In this document: in pieces, positions 1 through 9,980 of the stretch
Position numbering within the stretch: position 1 is the stretch's first letter
Layout of the letters: every line of letters begins with the position of its first letter
NCBI GenBank assembly: GCA_963779755.1
Contig: CAVZZO010000001.1
Location: forward strand, 704,001 to 768,000
DNA: 64,000 bases
Reading direction: 5' to 3'
Source of the DNA: an uncultured Gemmatimonadales bacterium
Lineage (GTDB): Bacteria; Gemmatimonadota; Gemmatimonadetes; Gemmatimonadales; GWC2-71-9
The notes under the pieces: model-generated
Databases searched by the model: none
What the model was told of the DNA's origin: nothing
Seen by the model: only the letters and a program-made list of their open reading frames with translations
Made by a program: the position numbers and the translations under genes

Positions 1-244
1 CGGGTGGCGTATAGGCGCGGAGCGGCGGGGCCTCGACCTGGATCCAGGTGGGGGGCGCACGGAACTCCACCCCCGGGGCGGCGCCGGCGCCGGTGCCACC
101 CTGGACCAGGAGGAGCAAGGCGAGGGAAGGATCATTGGGGCTGTCCCCGGTGGAAGGTTCTCCCCCTCGCTGCCCCCATATACCAGGCTCCAATCTGGGG
201 TATTGCACCCCAGGACGCGAGGTCCGGCGTCCGGGGCAGGTCTC

Positions 245-1114
245 CTATTGCTGCCGGGTGTCCGCGAGGAACTTCAGCAGCGCCGCGTTGAACAGCGCCG
301 GTTCGTCCAGGTGCACCCCGTGGCCGCCGCCGGGGATGATCACCTTGCCGGCATGCGGCATCCAGCGGACCAGCGAGTCGGCCACCAGGTTCCAGCGGGG
401 TCGTTCCCACGCGCCGGAGATGAACAGCACGGGGAAGCTCCACCGGCGCACCACGTCGGTGGAGGGGCGGGGAAACCGGCCCGACTCCGGATGGGGATCG
501 AGCAGGTCGAGTGCGTTGTAGCCGGCCAGGATGGTGTCGAGCCGGGCGGTCATCACCGCGGTTCGGTGGGGTCCCGGCCGGAACATCGGCATGCTCGCCA
601 CCAGTTTCCAGAGCGAGTCCGTGCCGTAATGTCGCACGATCGGGGCCAGCATCATCAGGCTGATCTTCGAGGTATCCGGTACCGGGAATGCCGCGGGTTC
701 GCCGCCGCCGTAGAGCACCAGCCCGTTCACCCGGTCCGGCATGGCCGCGGCGAAACGGATCACCACATCCGCCCCGGCCGAGTGCCCGACCAGCACCGCC
801 GAGTGGATGTGCAGGGTATCGAGCAGCGTCTGCAGGTCGCCGGGATCGGCCGACGGATCGGCGTAGCCGGTGGACTTGCCGTAGCCCCGGCGATCGTAGG
901 CCACCACCCGGTAGCGGGGTGCCAGGGCCGCGATCTGGTCGTCCCACTCATGGAGGTTCAGCGCCCAGCCGTGGACCAGGATCACCGCGGGCCCGCTGCC
1001 GGCCACGGTGCAGTTGATGGTCGCGTCGCCGACGTTGAGTGTCGATTGGCCGGCGGCTGGGCGGTTCGCCAGCACCAGGCTTGGCAGGAGGGCGACCGTC
1101 ATGAGGGTTCGCAT
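245..1114 (-). CDS. Secreted alpha/beta hydrolase
   Basis: ILVHGW oxyanion motif, YDRRGYG, nucleophile elbow GHSAG, C-terminal GHGVH. Start moved to ATG 1114 (GGAGG RBS, signal peptide MRTLMTVALL). Confidence 0.85.
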   Translation of the reverse strand: MRTLMTVALLPSLVLANRPAAGQSTLNVGDATINCTVAGSGPAVILVHGWALNLHEWDDQIAALAPRYRVVAYDRRGYGKSTGYADPSADPGDLQTLLDTLHIHSAVLVGHSAGADVVIRFAAAMPDRVNGLVLYGGGEPAAFPVPDTSKISLMMLAPIVRHYGTDSLWKLVASMPMFRPGPHRTAVMTARLDTILAGYNALDLLDPHPESGRFPRPSTDVVRRWSFPVLFISGAWERPRWNLVADSLVRWMPHAGKVIIPGGGHGVHLDEPALFNAALLKFLADTRQQ

Positions 1115-1229
1115 GAGCCACCTCCGGTCAATAGGGTCTCCCGCTGGGATCGGCTCGTTGCAGGGGTACGAGCGTCCGGTGTCAGGCATTTTTCTGGCCC
1201 GCTGCGGTGCCGTGTGCTAGTTTGGCCCC

Positions 1230-4178
1230 ATGTGGTCCGTGCCCGAGGCGCTCCAGAACGCACTGGCCGACCGCTACACCATTGTAGCCGAGTTGGGCCG
1301 CGGGGGCATGGCGATCGTCTACCAGGCGCTGGACGAGCGGCACCAACGTACCGTCGCGCTCAAGGTCTTGGCGGATGAAGGCGCCGCTGCGATCGGAGCG
1401 GACCGTTTCCTGCGCGAGATCGCCATCGCCGCCGGCCTGTCCCATCCGCACATCCTTCCCCTGTACGACTCCGGCGAGGCCGGGGGCTTCCTCTATTATG
1501 CCATGCCGCTGGCCGAAGGCGAGTCGCTCCGGACCCGCCTGGATCGGGAAGGCCAGCTGCCTCTGGATGACGTGCTCCGGCTCACGCGCGAGGTGGCGGA
1601 CGCCCTCACCTACGCCCACGCGCACAACGTGGTCCACCGCGACATCAAGCCGGAAAATATTCTGCTGCACGACGGCCACGCGCTGGTGGCGGATTTCGGC
1701 ATTGCCCGTGCCATCGAGGCCGCCGGCGTCGAGCGCCTGACCCGCACCGGCGTGGTGGTGGGAACCCCGGCCTACATGAGTCCGGAGCAGGCCACCGGCG
1801 GGACGCACCTGGATGGGCGCACCGACGTGTACTCGCTGGGCTGTGTCGTCTATGAGATGGTGAGCGGCGAGCCGCCCTACACCGGGCCGACGCCGCAGGC
1901 CATCCTCGCCCGGCAGCTGAGCGAAGAGGCGCGTCCCCTCCGCCATGTCCGCCCAAGCGTGAGCCCCGCGTTCGACGCGGCAGTCCGCCGCGCCCTGGCG
2001 CCGACGCCGGCCGACCGGTTTCAGCCGCCGGCCGAGTTCGCCGACGCCCTGACCCGGGCAACGGAGGCGGCGGTGCGCCCGGGGCGGTGGGCCGTGTCAC
2101 GCAAACGGATCTACCAGCTGGTGGGCCTGGCCCTGGCCCTGCTGGCGGCGCTCCTGCTGTACCGGCACGGGTCGCGTGCCGGCGAGGCCGACCCGCGTCT
2201 GGGTGTCGCGGTTTTTCCTTTCCGCGCAGCCGGGTCCGCCACGGAATGGACCGAACGGCTGGCGGACTATGTAGCCACGGCGCTGGACGGGACTCCCGGA
2301 ATCCGGGTGGCGGATCCCTGGTCCTTGTGGCGGACGTTGCGCCCGACCCGGGAGGAGGCGGCGGAGAGCCCGGACCCGGTCCAGGCCGCCCGGCTGGCGT
2401 CCGCAGCCGGCGTCGCGTACTTCGTGCTGGGTGCCCTGGCCCAGAGCGGGGAGCAGCTCGATCTCACCATGCGGGTCTATCGGGTGGGCCGGCGGGATCC
2501 CATCGAGACGTTGAGAGACACCGCCTCCCTGAACAGCCTCCCGGCGCTGGTGCAGCGGCTGGCGGTGGCCGTGATCGGGCGCCTGGGACTGGGCGGGGCG
2601 CCTTCCTACCTCTCCCGGGCCACCCAGTCGGCGGATGCGCTCAAGGCCTACCTCGCCGCGCGGGAAGCCATGCGGCGCGGCCAGGTGGATTCCGCCGACA
2701 TCGCCATTGATCGGGCCCTCGCCCTGGATTCCAACTTCGCCCTCGCCCTGGTCGCGGCGGTCAACATCAAATCGTGGAAGCAGTTCAACTCGGCCCAGCC
2801 CTATGCCGGATTGCAGTCCCTGGCGGAGCGGGCGGTGCGCGCCAGCGACTCCCTGGGCGAGCGGGAGCAACTGCGTGCCCGTGCCATGCTCGCGATGGTG
2901 CGCACCGACGGCCCCCCCGCGGCAGTCGCGCTGAAGCGCATCGTTCAGCTGGACAGCACCGATCTCCTGGCCTGGGGGCTTCTGTCCTATTGCGACCTGG
3001 TGTACGGGTGGCAGTACGGCGCGGGCCCCGCCGCGGCGGCGGAGGCAAATGACCATGTCCTGCGCCTCGATCCCGAAAGCGTCCCGGCCCTGCTGCGGCA
3101 GGCCCACCTGATCTCGATAGGGGGAGACACCGCGGAAGGATGGGCGGAGATAGCCCGTCTGAGCCGCGCCGACACCACCAACCCCCTGATACTGGGCGCC
3201 CTGCTCAGTCTCCGGGCGCTCCGGGCTCCGGAGGACAGCGCCGGGCCGCTGCTGGATTCTGTCGCCGCGCGGCCGATGGCGCTGTGGCTCTCGGTGTTCC
3301 GTACGCTGCGCTCCACTGTACCGGCCCGCGCGCGGCGGCTGGTCGAACGGGTGCTGGCGACGGTGGGCTTCGGCTACCCGCAGCGGGTCGCGTTCGGGGC
3401 GCGTCTGCAGCTCGCCGTGGCCCAGGGCCGGATCCGGGAGGTGGATTCCATCATCCGGGAGCCGGGCTTCAAGGGCCTGCCGGGATTCGACAAGCAGGTG
3501 GCCGCCTTTCTGCTGGGGAGTGCCATCGCCGGCCTGGGCGACAGCGCGCTTACCCAGCGGGTGGTCGCCGATCTGAGTCGCTACGTGCCGCGGGACTCGG
3601 CACCCGCCTATTTCGAGACCCGGCCGGTCTGGTGGATGGGCTGGGAGCTGGCCGCCTGGCACGCGACCTTCGGCGACACGGCCGAGGCCCGGCAGTGGCG
3701 GTCGGTGTTCGGCCGGCTGCCGGCGGGAGGACCCTCCGAGGACTATCGCGGCTCGCTGCAGGCGGACATTGACGCCCGGCTGGCGATCCGGCGGGGGGAT
3801 CTGGCGTCTGGCCTGACGCTGGAAAAACGCGCATACGACCTCTGGGCCATCCACTCCGAGAACGTCCTGGAGGCGCAGCCGGAACCGGCCATGCGGTTCC
3901 AGCTGGCGCTCCTGCTCCGGGCCAGGGGCATGCCCGACAGCGCGGTCGCGATCCTGCGCTCCCTCATTCCGCCGACTACCTGGATGGGGTTCTACTCGGG
4001 CCGGGCCTGGCTCGAACTGGGGGAGATTGCCGAGGGCCGGGGAGATCGGGCGGACGCCGCACGATCATATGGCCTGGCCGCCGCGCTCTGGCGAGACGGC
4101 GGGAAAGAGATCTCTCCCTGGCGGGATCGTGCGTTTGCCGGACTGCGGCGGACGCTGGAGGAACTGCTGAGCCCCTGA
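1230..4178 (+). CDS. Hanks-type Ser/Thr protein kinase with TM helix and TPR-like C-terminal region
   Basis: GRGGMA, VALK, HRDIKPEN, DFG and GTPAYMSPE motifs; hydrophobic helix near residue 297; helical repeats. Confidence 0.9.
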   Translation: MWSVPEALQNALADRYTIVAELGRGGMAIVYQALDERHQRTVALKVLADEGAAAIGADRFLREIAIAAGLSHPHILPLYDSGEAGGFLYYAMPLAEGESLRTRLDREGQLPLDDVLRLTREVADALTYAHAHNVVHRDIKPENILLHDGHALVADFGIARAIEAAGVERLTRTGVVVGTPAYMSPEQATGGTHLDGRTDVYSLGCVVYEMVSGEPPYTGPTPQAILARQLSEEARPLRHVRPSVSPAFDAAVRRALAPTPADRFQPPAEFADALTRATEAAVRPGRWAVSRKRIYQLVGLALALLAALLLYRHGSRAGEADPRLGVAVFPFRAAGSATEWTERLADYVATALDGTPGIRVADPWSLWRTLRPTREEAAESPDPVQAARLASAAGVAYFVLGALAQSGEQLDLTMRVYRVGRRDPIETLRDTASLNSLPALVQRLAVAVIGRLGLGGAPSYLSRATQSADALKAYLAAREAMRRGQVDSADIAIDRALALDSNFALALVAAVNIKSWKQFNSAQPYAGLQSLAERAVRASDSLGEREQLRARAMLAMVRTDGPPAAVALKRIVQLDSTDLLAWGLLSYCDLVYGWQYGAGPAAAAEANDHVLRLDPESVPALLRQAHLISIGGDTAEGWAEIARLSRADTTNPLILGALLSLRALRAPEDSAGPLLDSVAARPMALWLSVFRTLRSTVPARARRLVERVLATVGFGYPQRVAFGARLQLAVAQGRIREVDSIIREPGFKGLPGFDKQVAAFLLGSAIAGLGDSALTQRVVADLSRYVPRDSAPAYFETRPVWWMGWELAAWHATFGDTAEARQWRSVFGRLPAGGPSEDYRGSLQADIDARLAIRRGDLASGLTLEKRAYDLWAIHSENVLEAQPEPAMRFQLALLLRARGMPDSAVAILRSLIPPTTWMGFYSGRAWLELGEIAEGRGDRADAARSYGLAAALWRDGGKEISPWRDRAFAGLRRTLEELLSP

Positions 4179-4207
4179 TGCTTCTTGCCATGCGCGGTGA
4201 TGCCTCC

Positions 4208-4695
4208 TTCGCGGCGGATAACTCCCGGAGGGGGAACACAGATTACGCAGATCAAAAAGGGATTACACAGATTTGCCCCGATCGACGGCGCAGCTTCGCG
4301 GAGCGTTGCCGAGATCCCCAACATACAAGAATCAGATTCTTTTGGGGTGCGCCGGCATGCTCTGGCGGAGCCTCACCCAGGGAACGGAGACCAATCTGCG
4401 TCACTCTGCGTAATCTGCGGTTGCAGTTTGCTCGATCCAACCTTTTCAGGAACACCTCCGGGTCCTACGCGGTGGCGGCTCCTTCCCGGCGGATAACTCC
4501 CGGAGGAGGAACACAGATTACGCAGATTAAAAAGGGATTACGCAGATTTGCTCCGATCCGCCGCGCAGCTCCATGGAGCTGCGCCGGGGATTCACACTAC
4601 TGATTCTTTGTTGTTGTTCTTGAGTGGGCGGGATCTGGATCGGAGGGCTGACCCGGCACGGGATCAATCCGTGTAATCTGTGTAATCTGTGGATT
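4208..4695. repeat. Array A: two diverged ~275-bp units of the CAGATTACG inverted-arm family
   Basis: GGATAACTCCCGGAG at 4216 and 4491 (period 275), each followed by CAGATTAC arms and closed by AATCTG arms. Confidence 0.8.
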
Positions 4696-4803
4696 CACGA
4701 TGAACAGCTTTCCGGGCGCGTGAACTCCTGGCGCCCATGTAGTCCGTGCCCGAGCCGCTCCAGGAGTCCAGGCGCAGCGCCGAGCGTCGCCGGCCCGCCC
4801 GAC

Positions 4804-5106
4804 TCAGAGCGCTGCCCCGAAGTACAGCCACCAGATGCCCGCCAGCAGGATGGCCGCGCACGCCGTCACGATGAACGGCCAGGTCTGCCAGCCCGCCCAG
4901 GGGCGCGGCTCCGTGACCAGCCCCCACGCCGATCCGGCCAGCGAGAGCAGGGCCGCCAGGAGCAGGACGGCGCCCAGATGACTGGAAAGCCCGCTGGCGC
5001 CACCACTGCCCTCGGAGAGCGAGCCGGCCAACGAGATCAAAGGGCCGACCACCAGAAGCGGCGCCAGAGCGAGCAGAAGGGGAAGGGCACGGGAACGGGC
5101 GCGCAC
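4804..5106 (-). CDS. Small membrane protein (100 aa, ~3 TM)
   Basis: AGGAGG RBS before GTG 5106; three hydrophobic segments. The longer ORF-track start lies inside repeat DNA. Confidence 0.65.
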   Translation of the reverse strand: MRARSRALPLLLALAPLLVVGPLISLAGSLSEGSGGASGLSSHLGAVLLLAALLSLAGSAWGLVTEPRPWAGWQTWPFIVTACAAILLAGIWWLYFGAAL

Positions 5107-5136
5107 GGCGAGCACCTCCTGGGTCCACAGGGTACG

Positions 5137-6939
5137 TGATCCACAGATTACGCTGCGGACCCTGACGGCAGCCCTGGTACCTGACGGCCGGCGCAGGTCC
5201 GTTTGTGATCCGCAGATTGCGCAGATTGCGCAGATTTTGCTCCAATGCTTGCAGCACTCCGCAGAGCGTTGCCGGGCGACGTACAACGAACAACTGGTTC
5301 TTCTTTTTGTGGGTGCCTGGGCCGGCATCGGAGCACGGCCCGCGCCGGGAACCATCTGCGTAATCTGCGTAATCTGTGGATCAACAATTCGGATCTGTCC
5401 CGATCACCGAGCCCGAGGGACCGGCTGTGGAGCCCTGCCGGCAGGTGCCTGGGCCGGCATCGGAGCACGGCCCGCGCCGGGAACCATCTGCGTAATCTGC
5501 GGATCAACAATTCGGATCTGTCCCGATCACCGAGCCCGAGGGACCGGCTGTGGAGCCCTGCCGGCAGCCTTGGCACAGGGGGGTCAGCGCAGGTCCGTTT
5601 ATGTGATCCGCAGATTGCGCAGATTACGCAGATTTTGTTCCAATGCTTGCAGCACTCCGCAGAGCGTTGCCGGGCGACGTACAACGAACAACCGGTTCTT
5701 CTTTTTGTGGGCGCCTGGGCCGGCATCGGAGCGCCACCCGGTCTGGGAAGCCATCCGTGTAATCTGTGTAATCTGTGGATCAACAATTCGGATCTGTCCC
5801 GATCACGGAGCCCGAGGGACCGGCTGTGGAGCCCTGCCGGCAGCCTTGGCACAGGGGGGTCAGCGCAGGTCCGTTTATGTGATCCGCAGATTACGCAGAT
5901 TACGCAGATTTTGTTCCAATGCTTGCAGCACTCCGCAGAGCGTTGCCGGGCGACGTACAACGAACAACCGGTTCTTCTTTTTGTGGGCGCCTGGGCCGGC
6001 ATCGGAGCGCCACCCGGTCTGGGAAGCCATCCGTGTAATCTGTGTAATCTGTGGATCAACAATTCGGATCTGTCCCGATCACGGAGCCCGAGGGACCGGC
6101 CGTGGAGCCCTGCCGGCAGCCCTGGTACAGCGGGGTCACCGCAGGTCCGTTGATGTGATCCGCAGATTACGCAGATTTTGTTCCAATGCTTGCAGCACTC
6201 CGCAGAGCGTTGCCGGGCGACGTACAACGAACAACCGGTTCTTCTTTTTGTGGGTGCCTGGGCTGCATCGGAGCGCCACCCGGTCAGGGAAGCGATCCGT
6301 GTAATCTGTGTAATCTGTGGATCAACAATTCGGATCTGTCCCGATCACGGAACTCGAGGGACCGGCCGTGGAGCCCTGCGGGCAGCCCTGGTACAGCGGG
6401 GTCACCGCAGGTCCGTTTATGTGATCCGCAGATTACGCAGATTGTGCTCCAATGCTTGCAGCACTCCGCAGAGCGTTGCCGGGCGACGTACAACGAACAA
6501 CCGGTTCTTCTTTTTGTGGGTGCCTGGGCTGCATCGGAGCGCCACCCGGTCAGGGAAGCGATCCGTGTAATCTGTGTAATCTGTGGATCAACAATTCGGA
6601 TCTGTCCCGATCACGGAACTCGAGGGACCGGCCGTGGAGCCCTGCGGGCAGCCCTGGTACAGGGGGGTCACCGCAGGTCCGTTTATGTGATCCGCAGATT
6701 ACGCAGATTACGCAGATTTTGCTCCAATGCTTGCAGCACTCCGCAGAGCGTTGCCGGGCGACGTACAACGAACAACCGGTTCTTCTTTTTGTGGGTGCCT
6801 GGGCTGCATCGGAGCGCGGCCCGGTCGTTGAATCAATCCTCGTAATCTGCGTAATCTGCGGTTGCACCACACACAACCGACCCTTTCACGGATCCGTGCG
6901 ACCGAGCTCGCGGAGCCGATCTGCGTAATCTGCGGATCA
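5137..6939. repeat. Array B: six tandem units of ~266-276 bp with inverted 9-mer arms
   Basis: Anchor CAATGCTTGCAGCACTCCGCAGAGCG at 5243, 5641, 5917, 6184, 6450, 6725. Confidence 0.95.
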
Positions 6940-7335
6940 GATAGACGTCGCCGCCCGCCGGCCGATCCAGGCGCCCATGGCAGATCCCGCCAGGCCGAGC
7001 ACGGCGCCCAGCATCCCCAGCAGCAGCACCGTCATCAGGCGGGCTTCGACGGATGTCGTGGCGTATAGCTCCGCCATCCCGGCCGACCCGAGCAGGGCCG
7101 ACAGCGGCCAGCCCACGGCCGCCTCGATCGCCCCGGTAGTGGCGCCGACCACGGCACCGGCCCACCAGCCCACCCGGTATCCCGCCAGCAGGCCGGCCGC
7201 GAAGTAGAGTACATAGGAACCGGGAGCCAGCAGGCTGTAGTTGAAGCCCAGAGCTCTTGCCCCCAGGGCGCCCAGCGCGTCGAAGACCAGGATGACGGCC
7301 GCGGCTTGCAGGATGGTGAAAAGCACGGATCGCAT
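6937..7335 (-). CDS. Small membrane protein (132 aa, ~4 TM)
   Basis: GGAGG RBS before ATG 7335; Gly/Ala-rich hydrophobic helices. Confidence 0.7.
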   Translation of the reverse strand: MRSVLFTILQAAAVILVFDALGALGARALGFNYSLLAPGSYVLYFAAGLLAGYRVGWWAGAVVGATTGAIEAAVGWPLSALLGSAGMAELYATTSVEARLMTVLLLGMLGAVLGLAGSAMGAWIGRRAATSI

Positions 7336-7481
7336 GGCATACCTCCGCGGTGAGACGGAGCGTGCGGGCGCCGGGCGGGCGGGGGGGAGGCGGCGCGTGC
7401 TGGCTCTCCAAGCTATGGTGCTGCGCCCCCGCCGCCAGATACCCGGCCGCTCTTCGACGGCCTCCGCCATGCCGGAGCGCC

Positions 7482-7528
7482 GTGAAACTACCTTCAGCAA
7501 ATATTCGTGAATCCTTCATGATCGGTTC
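7482..7528 (+). promoter_or_regulatory. Putative operator, 11-bp-phased TTC direct repeats (copy 1)
   Basis: GTGAA-N5-CTTCA-N7-TTCGTGAA-N-CCTTC; same spacing upstream of the napA-like gene and feoA. Confidence 0.6.
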
Positions 7529-7570
7529 CCTACGGTTCCTTCAAATTCCCTTCACAGGTCGGGGGTACCG

Positions 7571-9238
7571 ATGAGCGCTATCCGCGTCAGGGCTTGCTCC
7601 GGAATTCTCACCGTCGCGCTGCTGCTGGGCCTGAGCGCGTGCACCGATGTGGTGTACCGCGACCGGCTGACCTATAACTCGCCGCCCGATACCTCCAGCG
7701 GCTTTCTGGGATACTTCACCGCGTCCACCAGGCAGACCACCTGCGGCAACTGCCACGTGGGCCAGCAGGCCGACTGGATCCAGACTAAGCACTCCAATGC
7801 CTGGGCCGATCTCCAGGCCAACCCCTCGGCGCAGCCCTTCTGCGAGAATTGTCACTCGGTGAACTCGCGCGGCAATCAGCCGCCCGCCATCGTCGGCTAC
7901 GAGAAGGTGAAGGACGAGGCCTACCACGACGTGCAATGCGAGAGCTGCCACGGGCCCGGATTCGAGCACGTGCAGAATCCCACCACCGTCGCCACCCGGC
8001 CGATCCCCAGTATTCAGGTCTATCCGAACGACGCCCCCGTGAGCGATACCGCGGCGGTGGTCAACAGCAGTTGCGGCGCCTGCCACCAGGGTGCCGGCCC
8101 GTCCCAGAATCACAATTACCTGAAGGAATGGCTCTCCTCGCGCCATGGACAGCTGAATACACACGCGGCACCCAACCCAAGCTGCCAGCCCTGCCACGAA
8201 GCCAAGGGCGCGCTGCTGGCCTTCGGCGTGAACACCGTGTACCAGCAGCTGGGCAGCAGCACCCTGATGCCGCAGAACTGCGTCGTCTGCCACGATCCGC
8301 ACGGGACCGCCAAGGACGCCAACGGGCAGCCGCTGCCGGGGCAGCTCCGCTTCGCCATCAACACGCCGGTGCTGGACCAGAACCTCTGCACCCGCTGCCA
8401 TAACCGGATTCCCCAGCCGTCGGCCGCCAACTTCCGCGGACCGCACGGGACCCAGGGGCCGGTGCTGTTCGGGTCGGCGGGCTACTTCCCGCCGGGAAGC
8501 TCCTACGACACCACGGAGATCCTGACCACCCACGGGTCCACGGCCAATCCCCGGCTGTGCGCCGGGTGCCATGTGAACGAGCTCAACGGGGTGGATGCCG
8601 GGGGCAATCCGACGTCGTTCACCGGCCACACCTTCCATCCGCTTCCCTGCCTGTCGCAGAAGAGCCCGCCGGTGGTGGACACCACCTACTCCAATACCTG
8701 TGCTTACGACGAGCCCAGCCGGTCCTGGGGCGCGTGCACGGCGTCGGGCTGCCACGGGACCGAGGCGGTCGCCGTCCAGCGGCTCACCAGTATCTGGGCC
8801 GAACGGGACGGGTACGTGGATGTGCTATGGAAGGACATGAACGGCAACCAGGCGGTGGATTCCTTCCCGACCGACAGCGGGTACCTGGCCCTGATCAAGC
8901 TGAATGCACCCAACGATCTCGACTTCACCAACGCGCCCTATAATACCATCCTCACACCGGCCAAGGGCGCCCTGTTTAACGCCCAGATGCTGGGCGAGGA
9001 TCTGACCGGCCATCCCGACGGCTCGCACGGGGTCCACAATCCGTTCCTCTACCGGGCCCTGCTGCAGGCGTCCATCGCCGATCTGGAGGCAAACTACAGC
9101 AGCTTCCTGCCGGCGCCGCCGGCCCCGGTCCTGAGCGAAATCCAGAACGCGCTGCGGAGCGGTGCTCTCAAGGTGGCGCCCGCCACGGCGCGGGTGATGA
9201 TGAGCCTGACGCCGGGAGGTCGGGTAGCCTCCCACTGA
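7571..9238 (+). CDS. Multiheme c-type cytochrome lipoprotein (8 CxxCH + 1 CX4CH)
   Basis: Lipobox LSAC; CGNCH, CENCH, CESCH, CGACH, CQPCH, CVVCH, CTRCH, CAGCH, CTASGCH; C-terminal DGSHGVHNP. Confidence 0.9.
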   Translation: MSAIRVRACSGILTVALLLGLSACTDVVYRDRLTYNSPPDTSSGFLGYFTASTRQTTCGNCHVGQQADWIQTKHSNAWADLQANPSAQPFCENCHSVNSRGNQPPAIVGYEKVKDEAYHDVQCESCHGPGFEHVQNPTTVATRPIPSIQVYPNDAPVSDTAAVVNSSCGACHQGAGPSQNHNYLKEWLSSRHGQLNTHAAPNPSCQPCHEAKGALLAFGVNTVYQQLGSSTLMPQNCVVCHDPHGTAKDANGQPLPGQLRFAINTPVLDQNLCTRCHNRIPQPSAANFRGPHGTQGPVLFGSAGYFPPGSSYDTTEILTTHGSTANPRLCAGCHVNELNGVDAGGNPTSFTGHTFHPLPCLSQKSPPVVDTTYSNTCAYDEPSRSWGACTASGCHGTEAVAVQRLTSIWAERDGYVDVLWKDMNGNQAVDSFPTDSGYLALIKLNAPNDLDFTNAPYNTILTPAKGALFNAQMLGEDLTGHPDGSHGVHNPFLYRALLQASIADLEANYSSFLPAPPAPVLSEIQNALRSGALKVAPATARVMMSLTPGGRVASH

Positions 9239-9249
9239 GGGGCATCGCC

Positions 9250-9980
9250 GTGCGTCACTGGATCGCGTTCGCTCTCCTGGCGGGCGCCGTCACTGCCGCG
9301 AAACCGCGGCCGGTGGCGGCGCCCCCCCGTTTCCATCGACGGCCATCGCGCCGCCCCAGGCGGCGCGCGACACCTTTCCGCATGCCCGGCACACCAGGTT
9401 CTCCTGCCTGACCTGCCACCTGAGCACGTCGCAGTCCATGCTCACCTTCAAACGGCCCGACGGGTGCCGGACCTGCCATCACGCCGACCCGGCCCGGGCG
9501 GAATGCTCCCACTGCCACCAGCCGGACAGCCTGCCGGCGACGATCGAGCGGCACCTTACCATCGCCGCGGCGGGCCGGCCGCCGCATGACCGGGTGGTAG
9601 CCTTCCCCCACGCGCGCCACACCCGCCTGGGCTGCACCACCTGCCACGGCGAGGCGGAGAGCCTGGCGCCGGTCGACTCCGCCGCCACCTGTCAGGGCTG
9701 CCACGACCAGCACCACCGGGCGGGACGGGCCTGCGCCACCTGTCATGCCAACCCATCCATTCTCTCGATCCACGCGCCGCCCGTGCGGGTCCACGTCGCC
9801 TGCGACGCGTGCCACGCCACCGTGGCCATCGCCGCCCTGACCCCGACCCGTTCGTTCTGTCTGGTCTGCCACCGGACCCAAGCGGATCACCAACCGGGCG
9901 GGGAGTGCACCGAGTGCCACTTCCAGGCCAGTCCGGAGGAGTATCGCGCCCGTCTGTTGCGGCGGAGGAAGACCGGATGA
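9250..9980 (+). CDS. Nonaheme c-type cytochrome with an apparent 1-nt frameshift near the 5' end
   Basis: Signal-like MRHWIAFALLAGAV from GTG 9250 is in a different frame from the heme domain (FPHARH..CLTCH upstream of ATG 9438, plus 8 more CxxCH). Confidence 0.8.

Noticed and set aside
36..49. Perfect palindrome ACCTGGATCCAGGT
   Set aside because: Single copy at the window edge with no context.
4178..6928. ORFs with ICVICG / QITQIT / NLRNLR / ADYAD repeats, here and in arrays C, D and E
   Set aside because: They are translations of the 9-mer arms, appear in all frames on both strands, and lack RBS and coding bias; the apparent CxxC motifs are artefacts.
5137..6939. Arrays as CRISPR
   Set aside because: Intervening segments are homologous rather than unique spacers, the period is ~270 bp, the arms are inverted, and no cas genes are present.
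7505..7521. Rex or FNR box
   Set aside because: TCGTGAA-N3-TTCATGA has the wrong spacer for Rex and lacks TTGAT/ATCAA; better explained by the phased motif.
7571..9238. NrfA / octaheme nitrite reductase
   Set aside because: No CxxCK catalytic heme motif; the porin context fits an electron conduit better.
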